Source: the human T2T-CHM13v2.0 reference genome, Homo sapiens. Taken from it: 64,000 nt of DNA. A program made the translations under genes and the position numbers. Numbering within the stretch: position 1 is the first letter of the stretch; each line of letters begins with the position of its first letter. The stretch is from the NCBI RefSeq assembly GCF_009914755.1, contig NC_060931.1; one strand, 5' to 3'. Below are positions 43,230 to 64,000 of the stretch, in pieces. The notes under the pieces were generated by a model. That model had not been told where the DNA came from. It saw only the letters and a program-made list of their open reading frames with translations, and ran no database searches.

Positions 43230-44525
43230 TTAAATTCCTAGCCAGGTCTTCCTATTGGGTGAGGAGGCCCTTCCAAAGTTCCAGCGAATTCCTTAGTCTG
43301 ACAACATTTCTCAATTCAGAAAGATGTGTTTGGTAACATATATTAAAAGGCAGAAATATGCAAATGCATAAACAATAGAATTTGACATAATTATGTGATA
43401 AAGTGAAATGCTCCTGCAGTTAGTTATTGAACATGAAGGACCTCTCTAATTCTTCAGAGAAACTGTGAGATAATCTCTACCATTTATGCTTAGCAAGGAG
43501 CCATGCTGCAGAGGAAAAGTAGAAATACACACGAGTGACAAAAGCAAAAAAATATATATATGAAAAACTCTGAAACCACCCTCAATGAAAAGTAATATGT
43601 CTGTATTTAAAGAGTAGGTAAATCATATAGTGAATTTAGAAGGTAAAAAACGAGGTCTATACATGAGTATATAGAAAATGTTAAGTGTTTTCGTGAAAAG
43701 GTATATAAACAATAATGAATAATCATTTCACATTGAAAATAATTTAATTTTAAAAGGAGATAGTACAAATAACAAAAAAAAAAGTCGAAGTACGGTAATA
43801 GTAGAAATTTCAAATATTTTAGGAATGTCTTTCTCCAGAGTAGCATGTTGTTTAGAAACTAAATTTCCACAGTAGATTTCATAGCTCCTGAACATGAATT
43901 AAAACTTTGATATTAGCTGCAGAAATGTACATTAGTTTGTGGGGAGGGGATAAAGAAAATAATGTGCCAACCTTCCAACAATTTCCCCAAACAGATTTTT
44001 GCATCTTGGTCATTACACTTACTTTCAAGATTCTTTTCTTGGTTTAAACATGTAATCTTGTCTCTTTGCTCACCTGCTCACTCTTCAAGCAAGCCTACAG
44101 CCAAATAAATTGCCATACTTGTTTACCAATAAACCATTATTTTCCAAGGAATTTTTTCTTAATTTTTAAAATTTAACAAGTTTAACTACAATTAATAAAG
44201 TACTCCCGGCACAAGGACTCTGAAACATTGTTTGGGTCTTGGAAAAGTTTGAAACTTCCAATTCATTAGGACTTTGAGTAACTATTTTGTACCTAAGAAT
44301 GAGAATTGATGGAGAGAGTGGTACTAAGCACATAATTTTATGAAATATGATGAAAACATGAGAGTTTTGTTATGACGCACATAACAATAAAGAACCTGTT
44401 TCTTTTTAGCAGGCTCCTAAAAAGTACTTCCCTTATAATTATTAAATAAAAACACTCACTTATTCAGTACTCAGCTAGCTTTTAAGATCTGAATAACAGA
44501 AGTACACAGTGAGAGAGGTACTTAC

Positions 44526-44587
44526 ATGGTTTCCTTGGATACTGGATGATGCCATTTAGGTCTATGTTTTTATCTGAAAATGGTGCC
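44526..44587 (-). ncRNA. Candidate 62-nt antisense exon (MEF2C-AS1-like position)
   Basis: Minus strand cctcgtttctccacag|GGCACC...GAAACCAT|gtaagt; both splice sites near-consensus. Confidence 0.5.
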
Positions 44588-45469
44588 CTGTGGAGAAACG
44601 AGGCTTGGTGAGTGGCTGTTTATACATAGTAAGTAAATAGGAACTTTGTTTATTTTACAAAGCATTTTTTATTTTGACCCAGCTTTCCTTTTCTCATCAC
44701 ACCCAACTCCTGTAAACAGCAATAATATGGTAGAACAGGTACTCTGTACAACTCTTTTTAACTCCACTTAAGAAATCATAATTATTAAGGCAGAAGCTCA
44801 GAATGCTTTGGCTAAGGATGTTACTCCTTGGGCTGCTTTATATATCTTGACTATTTTATTTATGTCAGACATATTAATGAATATTGCCTGCCTCTCTATT
44901 TTCCTCAAAAGGAATATTGCTCAAACCACTAATAAAGAAATTAGTCTAAAACATTCACATAAATGATAAATGTCCTTACCTTAACCAAAAGATAAGAGAA
45001 CTCAAGCTTTAGCCAGTTTCTAAACATGAAGGGTTTCCATAGACCTTAGCTGCCATTTTACATGTTCCAGTGGCATCCTAGATTCCCAATAGTTTTAGTG
45101 CTATGAGCATACAATTTTGACATTCAGTCCCTCAGAACTACACACATTCTAATTTTGGTAGTATGAATAATCTCTCCTATGTGATAAGTTATTTAACCTT
45201 CTAATATTTCTTAGAATCGAAAAGAACAAATGAGCTGCAGCAAAGAATGGCAAATAACTTTTATGCTTAACACAATTTAATAACCTGAAATGAAGTAAGT
45301 ATGTGCTATGTTTCCATTAAAAAGTTTCCAGCCACAATTAATTGAACGAAAACTTGTCTTGTTCCAAGATTATTCTTGGAAATGTAATTTTAAAATCTGC
45401 TTGAAATGAGGAAACTTACTTTTTTATACCATATGAAAGCAATTTCATTTTTTAGGAATGATTTTTGGA

Positions 45470-45660
45470 TAGACTTCCGATTGGATATTTTCCATTGGAA
45501 CTAGCAGCATAGGGGGTCGGGAGGGGGGAGGGGAGGGAAGCAATTCTGTGTTCTTTTGCCAGCACTGACAAAGGTCTGGTTGTCAGTGATACCTTTACAG
45601 CTAAATTTACTCCAGAGTGACAGAAACAGGTGCACCTCGGCCTGCCAGACACTTGTGCAG
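45470..45660 (+). promoter_or_regulatory. MEF2C skeletal-muscle promoter-like element (MEF2-like site + myogenic E-box)
   Basis: ACCTTTACAG-CTAAATTTAC(45601-45610)-TCCAGAGTGACAGAAA-CAGGTG(45627-45632)-CACC matches the recalled Mef2c muscle promoter; further E-box CACTTG 45650-45655 and inverted CCAAT boxes at ~45480-45498. Confidence 0.78.
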
Positions 45661-45880
45661 AGAGATCACGCATCTCACGGCTTGACGATCAAGGGGGCAA
45701 AGCCTCGGTCTTCATAGAAAAGGAGAGGAGGCAAACGCAGCCCAAACTGGGGGGTTTCTCTTCAAAGCCAGCTGGTCTGGCTTTATTCTACAGGAATTTT
45801 TTTACCTGTCAGGGTTTGGACAACAAAGCCCTCAGCAGGTGCTGACGGGTACAACTTCCTGGAGAAGCAGAAAGGCACTG
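45660..45880 (+). ncRNA. Copy of MEF2C first non-coding (5' UTR) exon; probable first exon of a lncRNA (possibly LINC01372)
   Basis: ...AAGGGGGCAAAGCCTCGGTCTTCATAGAAAAGGAGAGGAGGCAAACGCAGCC...GGAGAAGCAGAAAGGCACTG|gtgagt recognised as the MEF2C 5' UTR; consensus donor at 45881. TSS approximate. Confidence 0.75.
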
Positions 45881-48475
45881 GTGAGTTTCAATTGCCAAAA
45901 TATATTTTTTAATCTCTAAAAGTTAATTTTGTTGTCTTGAAAGAGGCACCACTGAGGTACCTGTGTTCACAAAGTTGATGAGACCATTGGAATCAGAGCC
46001 AACTCACTCAACAGTGGGTTTGCCTTATGTGAAAGTAAAGCTGTTACCATATAACAATTTTTTAGTTTTTTTTTTTAGGTTTAAAAAAAGATTCTATTTT
46101 TAAATATTGGTCTCTTTCATTACTGTTTTCAATATTTGGAAGATGAAGAGTTAATTACATTTATAATATTACGTGATTTAACACACATTTTAGTCTCCTT
46201 TTTATCTAATTCTGTCATCTTTTCTGAATAAAAAGTTATTTTCTAATAAATCTCCCAAATAAAAAGGTGTAATGGTACATACTATTTTCAAAAATTACAT
46301 GTACTGGGTTTTTTAAAATGTGTGCATGCTACAAGAACATGATTAGAGAGAACATGCAATTAACTTTATTTTAATACATTTTTAAAATATACGTTGCATA
46401 TATAATTAAATAATTTAAAATATATTGCATGTTTAATAATTAAATAAAAGTAAATTGTATTGTAGTAAATATTATTTAATAATTAAAAGTGGCAATATTT
46501 TCTCATTACTTTACAAAGAGTGTCTTTTGAGAAAAATCTTTGAAATTAACAACCAAGACGGTATTAAAGCATGTTTTTACATCACTGATTTCCAAAATTC
46601 GTATATTTGTATATTTTTTATTTTTATTTTGTTAATTCAAAAGTTTAGGCAAAAATATTTTTTTCAGAATAGGACTTTAATTAATGCAAAACATGAAAAA
46701 ATGAGACCACATGTTAGGGCATATTTTTAAAAAGTGATTCTATTTCAGGGATTCATTCTTTTAACTATGCTTCACAGCATTTCTCTACAAATTGTTGTAT
46801 TATAGTAAATTGAAAACATTTATTTAAGCAAGTAAGCAGCTCAAAGCTAGAGCCTATACATAGTAAACATATGAAACCATTTTAATAACCAAATTCCATA
46901 TTCACAAGCAACATGGGCTAATGAATTTAAAAGAAACAACAGTATACATTGATGAAGAATGCTATAAATTATTATGGATAAAATCAATTTTCTGGGCTGT
47001 GGGGGGTAGAATTGGTGCTTAAGAAAGAAAAGACTCCTACCAATATAAATTACTAATACTATGAGGCAGTTGTTTTATTCTGATGATCCCATAAATAACT
47101 TTAAATCTACATCCTTAACACATGATTTTATAGTGGAAAAAAAATAAGGTCTGACTTTTTTAATGACCACTGTACCTGAAATGATTTTTAAATCAGTGAC
47201 GACATGGATATGCCACAAATGTATAACTAACATACTCTTTTAAACTGTTGTAATTACTGTTGAAAATTATGAAACATTTGTGGTTTAAAAAATTATCAGA
47301 AATACTCCACCCAAACAAAATAGCTAATATTTTAAAAACATAACGTTACCCACAAACATTTTAATGAACCCCTATTTTAAAACATTAAAATCCAAATATA
47401 CTTTTTATTATAAATTGTTACATATATATTTCAAATGATTAAAACATTTAAAAATATATATGTATTTATTGCGATTTCAAGCTGCTACTTTCATATATAT
47501 TTTGTCATGCTTCATTATGTTTCATTATATTGATTCAGACACCTGAGTAACTATAGTCGCTAAATTTTTAGAATAACTTCATTAGTCTCTTAAAGAATTA
47601 GTATGTATTTCATGCACTTGAAAATTTTACTTATATTTTTCTAGTCTGTTAAATACTATATTCCTAAACAATCACAATATTTACTTTTAAAGATGATAGT
47701 TACTGCAAAACTGAACAACATGTGTTCTTATGTCAACTTCAGAATTGTATTTGTTAAGTTTTCACATGCATTACCATTGGCTATAATTATTACATTGTCA
47801 TTAAGTATAAGCAAACCAAAAGCTTCTGCCAAACTATTGTTTATGACTCTGTCAATTATTTAAGTATAAATGAAGCTATTGGAAATAATATTAAATATAG
47901 CTCAAATATTTCAAAATAACTAAAATTTATCATTTTAGCTGTGCCTGAGTTGTAGACTTAGTCTAAAATCCCATTTTTTAAAATTTTCATTATGAGAAGC
48001 TGTAAATTCTTGTCTACCATGCAGCTATGTTTGTCCTTTCTAATAAATCTTCAACATTGTGTCACAAAAAAACCTATGCCAACTCCCTCAATGTATGGGA
48101 ATGGTTTATTTTAATAAAATATTGGAGTTTAAAGTAGCATTGGTTTACACCTGCTCTAAATATTTAACATTAAAACATATGCATTTTAAACATTATTTGC
48201 AAGTTATCTTCCTATCTTACAGATAGCTTATTTACAGTGGAGAAAAATTGTTTTCCTGTTTCAGAAAGACACTTGGAAAAACATGTTATTTAACCTTATA
48301 TATTAATAGGGAAAATCTTGATTCTCCCAGTAGTTAACTTCAATTAATTATATTTTAAATATCAGCCTATTTAATTTCAGTGCAACAAAATTTCCAGCTA
48401 AAATGGTTTACTTGTAAGTATTTAAAGCAACAAAAATATTTTGGCAGCTTTATATGTATCTCCTCATTGACCAGC

Positions 48476-48514
48476 CACCTGACTGACAGCTGTCAACTGT
48501 CCATGTGCCAAATG
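48476..48514. promoter_or_regulatory. Dense E-box/TALE-homeodomain motif cluster (candidate enhancer)
   Basis: CACCTG, CAGCTG, CAACTG, CATGTG and CAAATG within 39 bp; palindrome TGACAGCTGTCA 48484-48495. Confidence 0.5.
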
Positions 48515-49189
48515 TAACCCAGTAAAGATAAAAATTACATATTACTCATCCCTGTTGATAATACCTGGTGCCAGTAGGTTTTCAAATAGGAATAACTAGA
48601 CTATAGATAAAAAACAAGTAAGTGGGGAATCATTTCTACTACCTACCATTCCTCCTTTGTCATTAACTCATTTCCCTTTCTTTTTCTTATTGATCCCTTT
48701 TCCCTTGCTGTCCATATCTACAGAGTTATTTTCCTTAAAGGAACTTTCAGAATATGTTACAAGTCTGTGTCCATGAAAATACTGGGCAGCCAGGTATTGA
48801 TGACCACACATTTCTTTTAGTCATATTTTCTTTTGAGCTCATAAACTATTTCGGAGTTATGGGAAGAAAGCTTTAAAGCTTTCAGCTTCTCATTCTCAAA
48901 GAAAATGAAATCAAAGAACAAAAATGAAATTTACCAAAGGTCACCAAGGTGGTGACCTTTATGTAGATACAGACTTGGGTCTGTTTCCCAACTTAATATC
49001 CAGGGATTTTTTTTCTAATTAGACTTTAAGCATGTTGACTAGTAAACTATAAGTAACAATGATCACGTGGAAGTTGTTTAATGAGTTGTTTCCAGGGAAG
49101 GCACTAGTGGCTCATTTTTTCAGTCTACCCGAGGTCCCTGTACTTGAATGTTTGAGAAGCACTTTGTTTCTTTTAAAGATTTATTTTAC

Positions 49190-52699
<3,510 letters not shown>

Positions 52700-54296
52700 T
52701 CACACCCCTGCATCCAGACTCACACCAGAGTCACCCACGCCCACATCCAGGCACACACTCACACAAGAACACACACCCGAAGAGACAGAGAGGCGCTCAT
52801 TCTTGACAAACTTATACAGGATTTTGCAATCTGAAAATTCAGAATAAGGCTATTTGAATTCCAGTATCAATATCAGTTTTGTGTCATTCTGCAAAATACT
52901 GTTTTGTTGTGAATTGAACAGTGAGGGGCTGGGACAGTGACTGGGGGCATCACCATAGTCAATGCTTAGAGCCTCAAAAGGTTGTAATCTGGCTCTGGGG
53001 AGGAGTGAGGCTGAGCTGAGTCTCCCACGGTCTTTAGAATGTGTCCTGGCAGGAGGACTGAGAACAGGCTGGTCAGGACTGGAGTCAGCTAATGGACAGA
53101 CAGGGACCAGAGACTGTTGCTGGGGGAAATGCGGCTTTATGCAAGTATCTCGGGCTGGGCAGGGGAATCACCCAGACTGCTTACCCCTCACTCCTCATGC
53201 TCAGCATGTCAAGGGCCCAAGTCTTCCTTTTCTGTCACTCTCTCTGTCATTCCTGAATAGATATCACCCTATAGATGTCTGATGTGAAATTGCATTGGCA
53301 GTAATAGGACATGGGTCTGTCCTGGGTGCAGGATGAAGGCAGGAAGGCTGATAGAACAGATTTTTATGATCATACATCCCACTGGGGTGAATGCAACATC
53401 ATCCCATGTTATATTGGGGACTAATTCAGTCCAGCCATTTCCAGGACCTTTGCTGGGAGGTTGAAGCCTCAGGGCTCAGTGCCAGCTGGCTGGGGTGAGA
53501 TTGGGAGCAGTCCATTAGCCATGAGTTGCCGATCTGCATCTGCACCTGCTCCAGCTGGGCTTTGGCAGCCATGATTCCTGAACTGATGCATGGCTCTGCT
53601 TGCATGGACCAAGCTTGCAACATCTTTCCACAATAAAACCGTGATGGGAGTTAATAGTGTGAATCGCTGTTCAATTGAACAGGGTCCATAAAATGTTTAT
53701 GAGGCATAACCAAGGGGGCTGAATGGGTGGCCAGCGCTTGGCTTTTGGCCAGGGGTAACACCTGGGGTGTCCCTAGCCAGGGCGATATCTTAAGAATTTC
53801 TGATGTTGTGCACTCAGATCGACTTCTTTTAGAACTGTTCCAAGGTGTTTAGGAGGTAGACTTATTCACTTGGGAAGTCTTTCTTTGTTTTTTGTTTTTT
53901 TAGAGACAGAATCTTGCTCTGTCACTCAGATTGGAGCACAGTGGTGCAATCATAGCTCACTGCAGCCTCAAACTCCTGGGCTGACATGATCCTCCCACCT
54001 CAGCCTTCAGATTAGCTGGGACTACAGGTGTGGCTGATTAAAAATTTTCTTTTTTTGTAGAGACAGGGTTTCACTATATTGCTCAGCCTGGTCTTAAACT
54101 TCTGGGCTCAAGTGATCTTTCCATCTCGGCCTCCCAAAGCACTGGGATTACAGATGTGAGCCACCAGCACACCCGGCCATCATTTGGGAATTCTTGCTGG
54201 TGGTTATTAAATCTGCTAATGTCCTTAGTTTCTTCTACTAACATTCAGAGCATTCTAGTTTCTGGGAGAGTAAGTAGAAACCACCGGATATACAAT

Positions 54297-54580
54297 TGCA
54301 TTAGTCAGGATTACTGTTACTAGTTGCTGCAACTAAATAGCCTTAAATCACCACTGGTTTACACAACACAGGCTTATTCCTTGCTCATGCTGCATCTCCA
54401 GTGAGAGCCAACAGGAGTGTCTCTCTGCTCCATATAGTCACTCAGGGCCCCAGGCTAGAGGAGACATTACAGAAGACATGTTGTCTTTGAGATCTCTATG
54501 GAAGGAAGAGAGGAATGGATGAGGCATGCTGGCCTTAACTGCCTTGACCTGGAGGTAACACATGTCATTTTTGTCACAGT
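54297..54580. mobile_element. MLT1 (MaLR) LTR fragment, continuing at ~56678
   Basis: tgcattagtcaggat...cttattccttgctcatgctgcat...gaggtaacacatgtcatttttgtcacagtc; resumes cagtccattgg. Confidence 0.6.
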
Positions 54581-54583
54581 CTC

Positions 54584-55152
54584 TGAGAGAGGAGAAAGAA
54601 ACCGGACAGGCAGGCAGTTAGAGTGGGTCCTCAGTTGAATTCTTTCAAACAAAAGAACAGCCTGAAAAATCAAGCTGCAGGCACAAATAAGGGAACTTGC
54701 ACAGGGGGGCTTGCCTGAGACATGCGCACAGCTCCACAGATAAAAAAGCCTACACAGGTGACTTGCCTAGACATGCCCACAATGGAAAAGTACATCTCCT
54801 GACAAATGTGCAGTAAGGGGAACAAAGCAATATAGAGAACTCAAGCTAAGGGGCTGCATGTGCATTAGGAGAATGGGGTGGGGAGCTACCAGAAGTTTGT
54901 GCCTTTATGCAAATGAGATACCCAGCCCTCATCAGTTTCTTATAAAAGCCTTTGCATTCAACTGTAAAAACAGCAACCCATTTGGGCTCCCTCTCTGCTG
55001 CAGAGAGCTTTCTTTCACTTATTAAACTTTCACTCCTACCTCACCCTATGTGTCCACGCTCCTTAATTCTCTTGGTCATGAGACAAAGAACTCCGACTGA
55101 CACCTCACAAAGAGAGACTGCTACATTGTGGTGCATTGGGGAGACTGCAACA
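54584..55152 (+). mobile_element. ERV1 solo LTR (MER50-like)
   Basis: TG...CA ends with 4-bp TSD TCTC; TATAAAA ~54941, ATTAAA 55021; tandem p53-family elements. Confidence 0.8.
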
Positions 55153-55156
55153 TCTC

Positions 55157-56677
<1,521 letters not shown>

Positions 56678-57174
56678 AGTCCATTGGTCTAAACTGGTTA
56701 CACATTTTCAAGTGGTTTGTAAGGAAGGCAGGGGACGATCAGGGTACAGAGGGCACACTTGGTGAGCATGAACTTGTCTGCACAGCTGCTTCCCCCTGGG
56801 ATTCCCTGGCATTTTGGGAGGTGGCAGCATGTGGCCACGGCAGACACCCTCTTTATTAGCACGTTGCTGTGGGCTGGTGTCCACCATCTGGCCTCCAGGA
56901 GTCAGCCCACCTATGGAAGGCAGTGACATGCATTGATATAAAAGCAAGCCAGGCATGGTGTCTCACACCTCTAATGCCAGTACTCTGGGAGGCTCAGGCA
57001 GAAGGAGTACTTGAGGCCAGGAGTTCAAGACCAGCCTGGGCAGCATAGCAAGATCCTATACTAAAAAAATTAAAAAATAAGGCTGGGCACGGTGGCTCAC
57101 ACCTGTAATCCCAGCACTTTGGGAGGCCAAGGCGGGAGGATCATGAGGTCAGGGTATCAAGACCATCCTGGCTA

Positions 57175-57567
<393 letters not shown>

Positions 57568-57606
57568 TCAGAATATAAGTCTTATACTAAAAACGTCAGT
57601 AGATCA

Positions 57607-58088
<482 letters not shown>

Positions 58089-58220
58089 CTAAAAACAGTC
58101 AGCTCCGGGGCTCTGCCTAGAGATTCTGAATGGACGGCTCTGCGGTGAGGCTGGGTTTTGGAAAAACTCTTGTGCTCGTGATGCAGTCAAAGGAAGGTCC
58201 GCGGGTGAATCATTCTGTGA

Positions 58221-58493
<273 letters not shown>

Positions 58494-59032
58494 TAAATTT
58501 TTTTTTTTTTATACAGATGGGGTTTCAACATGTTGGCCAGGCTGGTCTCGAACTCCTGACCTCAAGCGATGTGCCTGCCTCAACCTCCCAAAGTACTGGG
58601 GTTATAGGTGTGAGATACCACGCCCGGCCCACAAGGCACTTTTGATTACATTCATTTAACTTTTAGCAGGTGTCTGCTGTTTTTCAGGGTCTCATTTGCT
58701 GTCTAAGGCAATATCCGAATGCTAGTTATTATTGCAATGGCAATTATGTCATTCCCATTTTATAAAGGAGGCGACCCTAGGTGATTGGCCAAAAGTTGTG
58801 AAGCCAAGTGACCGAGCTGGATCTAAAACTCATTTTTAATCCAACTTTTTATTTATTTGTTTTTAGAAACAGGGTCTTGCTCTGTTGCCTAGGCTGGAGT
58901 GCAGTGGCATGATCACAGCTCACTGCTGCCTTGAACTTGTGGGCTCAAGTCATCCTACTGCCTCAGCCTTCCAAGTAGCTGGGACTACAAGCATGTATCA
59001 CCATGCTCAGCTAATTAAAAAAAAATTTTTTA

Positions 59033-59391
<359 letters not shown>

Positions 59392-60067
59392 TCAAGCAAT
59401 CCTCCTGTCTTGGCCTCCCAAAACATTGGGATTAGAAGCATAAGCCGCTACACCCAGCCTTCTCCCAGCTCTGTATTTGGCCATCTCTTCATTAAGACAA
59501 GCCACTTCTGACCAGGTTCTCTGCTTCCAGAAAGATATCACTCCCCACCCTTATTGGAGAAGTGCTTTCTCCACCCTCCACCCCCCGCCATACCTCCATT
59601 ACCTGCCACACAGGTTCTATTCCAAGTCTTCTCAGTGCAAATTGGATGGGTTAATGAAGAAGGTGCTGACATGTGAGGTATGACATCTCACTTGGAATAA
59701 ATTATGGGTCCCTCTTTTATTTAATGAAAGCAAATTTAAGTGTAGAAATCATCTGAAACAGATGGTTCAGCAGAGCACTTTGTATGAGAACCGAGGTCAC
59801 AGCTAACACTGTAGACGGTAGGTTTATACATTAATTGTGACAGGCTTTGGGCAGATAGTGAAAAAGTACTTGGTACTAAAAATATCAGAATATAAGTCTT
59901 GTACTAAAAAAGTCAGTAGAACACAAACAACATAAATAAACCTGAAAAATATTGTGCTGCTTAAAAAAAATATTAGGCTGGGCATGGTGGCTCATGCCTG
60001 TAATCCTAACAGTCTGGGAAGCCAAGGCAGGCAGATTGCTCGAGCCCAGGAGTTTCGGATCAGCCTA

Positions 60068-60250
<183 letters not shown>

Positions 60251-60379
60251 CTATAAAAACAATGAAAAAAAATCTTAGATCAAACGGTCTATAATGTATG
60301 ATTTCATTTAAGTTCTGGAACTAGTAAAACCAACCTATAGCCATAAAAATCAGATCAGAGGACCGGGCACGGTGGCTCA

Positions 60380-60781
<402 letters not shown>

Positions 60782-60916
60782 TCAAAACTGATTGAATGAC
60801 ACAGGTAAGATCTGTGCATTTGGCTATGAGGAAATTATCTCTGAAAAATAAAAGTCAGTAACTAACACAATATGCTGGAAGATGAAAGGTAATGAAGTAA
60901 CTTGAATGAGAGTTAC

Positions 60917-62000
<1,084 letters not shown>

Positions 62001-62013
62001 CAGAAGACTGCTA

Positions 62014-62543
<530 letters not shown>

Positions 62544-62559
62544 AAAATTAAGCCTACAA

Positions 62560-62800
62560 ATATCTCTAATCCTAGCCCTGGTTTTAGCCCTACCCTTATC
62601 CCTAACCCTAAGACTAATCCTGCTCATAACCCTAAACCTAGCCTGAATCCTAGCCGTAGCCATCACTTAACCCTAACTTAACTCTAGTCCTATCCCTAAC
62701 CCTACCCCTAAATCAAATCCTAATCCTAAAAACAGCCCTAGCTTCAATCCTAACTCTACCATAAGCCCTACTCTAGCCCTAAACCTAATGCTAAATCTAA
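62560..62800 (+). repeat. Degenerate interstitial telomere-like (CCCTAA)n array
   Basis: 6-nt periodic ccctaa/ccctag/tcctaa/acctaa/ctctaa variants over ~240 bp. Confidence 0.8.
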
Positions 62801-63281
62801 GTGAGGTTTGCAAAATGAACCCGGTGAAGCTGATACTAAACTTTCCTCTTTTATTCTGTTGCACTCAGGCCAAATGAGTCTTGAGGAGTTGGGAAAAAAA
62901 TGGGGCAGGGAGGGAAATCTTAGCTTCCTACTGCAGAGGCGACTTTCAGCATAAATCATCGCCTTCCACAAGAAAGCCAACATGTTTCCAACAAGGAATC
63001 TAAATGGAATCTTTCCTGAGTTAAGAGTGCACAGGGCTGTTACCAGCACCCACTCTCACAACAGACACCGGAATCACAAATGTCAGGGCTGGAAGAGGCT
63101 GTCGGGCAGCCCTTGAGGGGATGAGAGACTGAGTACCATGAAGAGCTAGTGACTTGCCTGAGGTCCCTAAAGGAAATCAAATTCCATCCTGCACCTCCTC
63201 CAATAATACTGGCTTCCAGGCCAGGCGCGGTGGCTCACGCCTGTAATCCCAGCACTTTGGGAGGCTGAGGCAGGCAGATCA

Positions 63282-63614
<333 letters not shown>

Positions 63615-64000
63615 TCACACTGTCATGCAGACTGGAGTGCAGTGGCATGATCATAGCTAACTGTGGCCTCCAACTCCTGGGCTCAAGTGATCTTCCCACC
63701 TCAGTCACCCGAGTAGCTAAGCCTACAGGCATGCACCACCATGTCCGGCTAATTTTATTTTTTTGTAGGGGTGGGGTCTTGCTATGTTGCCTAGGCTGAT
63801 CTTGAATTCCTGGGATCAAGGAATCCTTCTGCTTTGGTCTCCCAAAGTGCTAGGATTACAGGTGTGAGCCACTGTGCCTGGCCAAAGGGGTGCATTTTGT
63901 GTGTTTATTTTTATTTTTATTTTTTGAGACAGAGTTTCACTCTGTCGCCCAGTCTGGAGTGCAGTGGCACGATCTCAGCTCACTACAGCCTCTCCCTCCC

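Noticed and set aside
45630-45845. 71-aa ORF over the MEF2C-like exon
   Set aside because: Starts at the GTG of the E-box, upstream of the likely TSS; the exon is 5' UTR in the source gene.
53350-53870. Unassigned moderately GC-rich sequence with a minus-strand FYGP stretch reminiscent of the gypsy integrase GPY/F motif
   Set aside because: Only a 4-residue resemblance, with no other integrase motifs seen; needs a Dfam/tBLASTn search. The unique segments at 49.7-50.1 kb are likewise unexplained.
59614-59677. Possible 64-nt plus-strand exon (cacacag|...GTGAG|gtatga)
   Set aside because: Plausible splice sites but no homology or partner exons identifiable; such matches occur by chance.

Overview
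Human (AluYb8-containing) genomic DNA with no intact protein-coding gene; almost all ORFs in the track are Alu, LTR or simple-repeat translations. It is a segmental-duplication mosaic I recognise as the 7q11.21 PMS2P4/STAG3L4 locus. A copy of the PMS2/AIMP2 bidirectional CpG-island promoter (~11.9-12.8 kb) drives, leftwards, PMS2 exons 1-5 (nonsense at codon 7) plus an exonised MST LTR inside a collapsed ERV1 provirus. Rightwards it drives a chimeric unit: AIMP2 exon 1, four STAG3 exons, and a terminal exon at 29878. That terminal exon lies at the edge of a ~19.5-kb AT-rich, Alu-poor block (~29.7-49.2 kb). The block contains what I recognise as the MEF2C skeletal-muscle promoter (MEF2-like site + E-box) and its first non-coding exon, i.e. 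an apparent interchromosomal duplication from 5q14.3, with an E-box/TALE enhancer-like cluster, an antisense exon and two human-specific AluYb8 insertions. The rest is Alu-dense, with Tigger1, an RPL29 retrocopy, nested LTRs (one with tandem p53-family sites), THE1 and a degenerate telomere-like array. Main hypotheses: (i) a transplanted MEF2C myogenic promoter drives a new lncRNA and donated the STAG3L4 3' end; (ii) a 71-aa AIMP2-STAG3 microprotein retains the LysRS-binding peptide of AIMP2. Gene and repeat-family names are from recognition and recall, not database searches.
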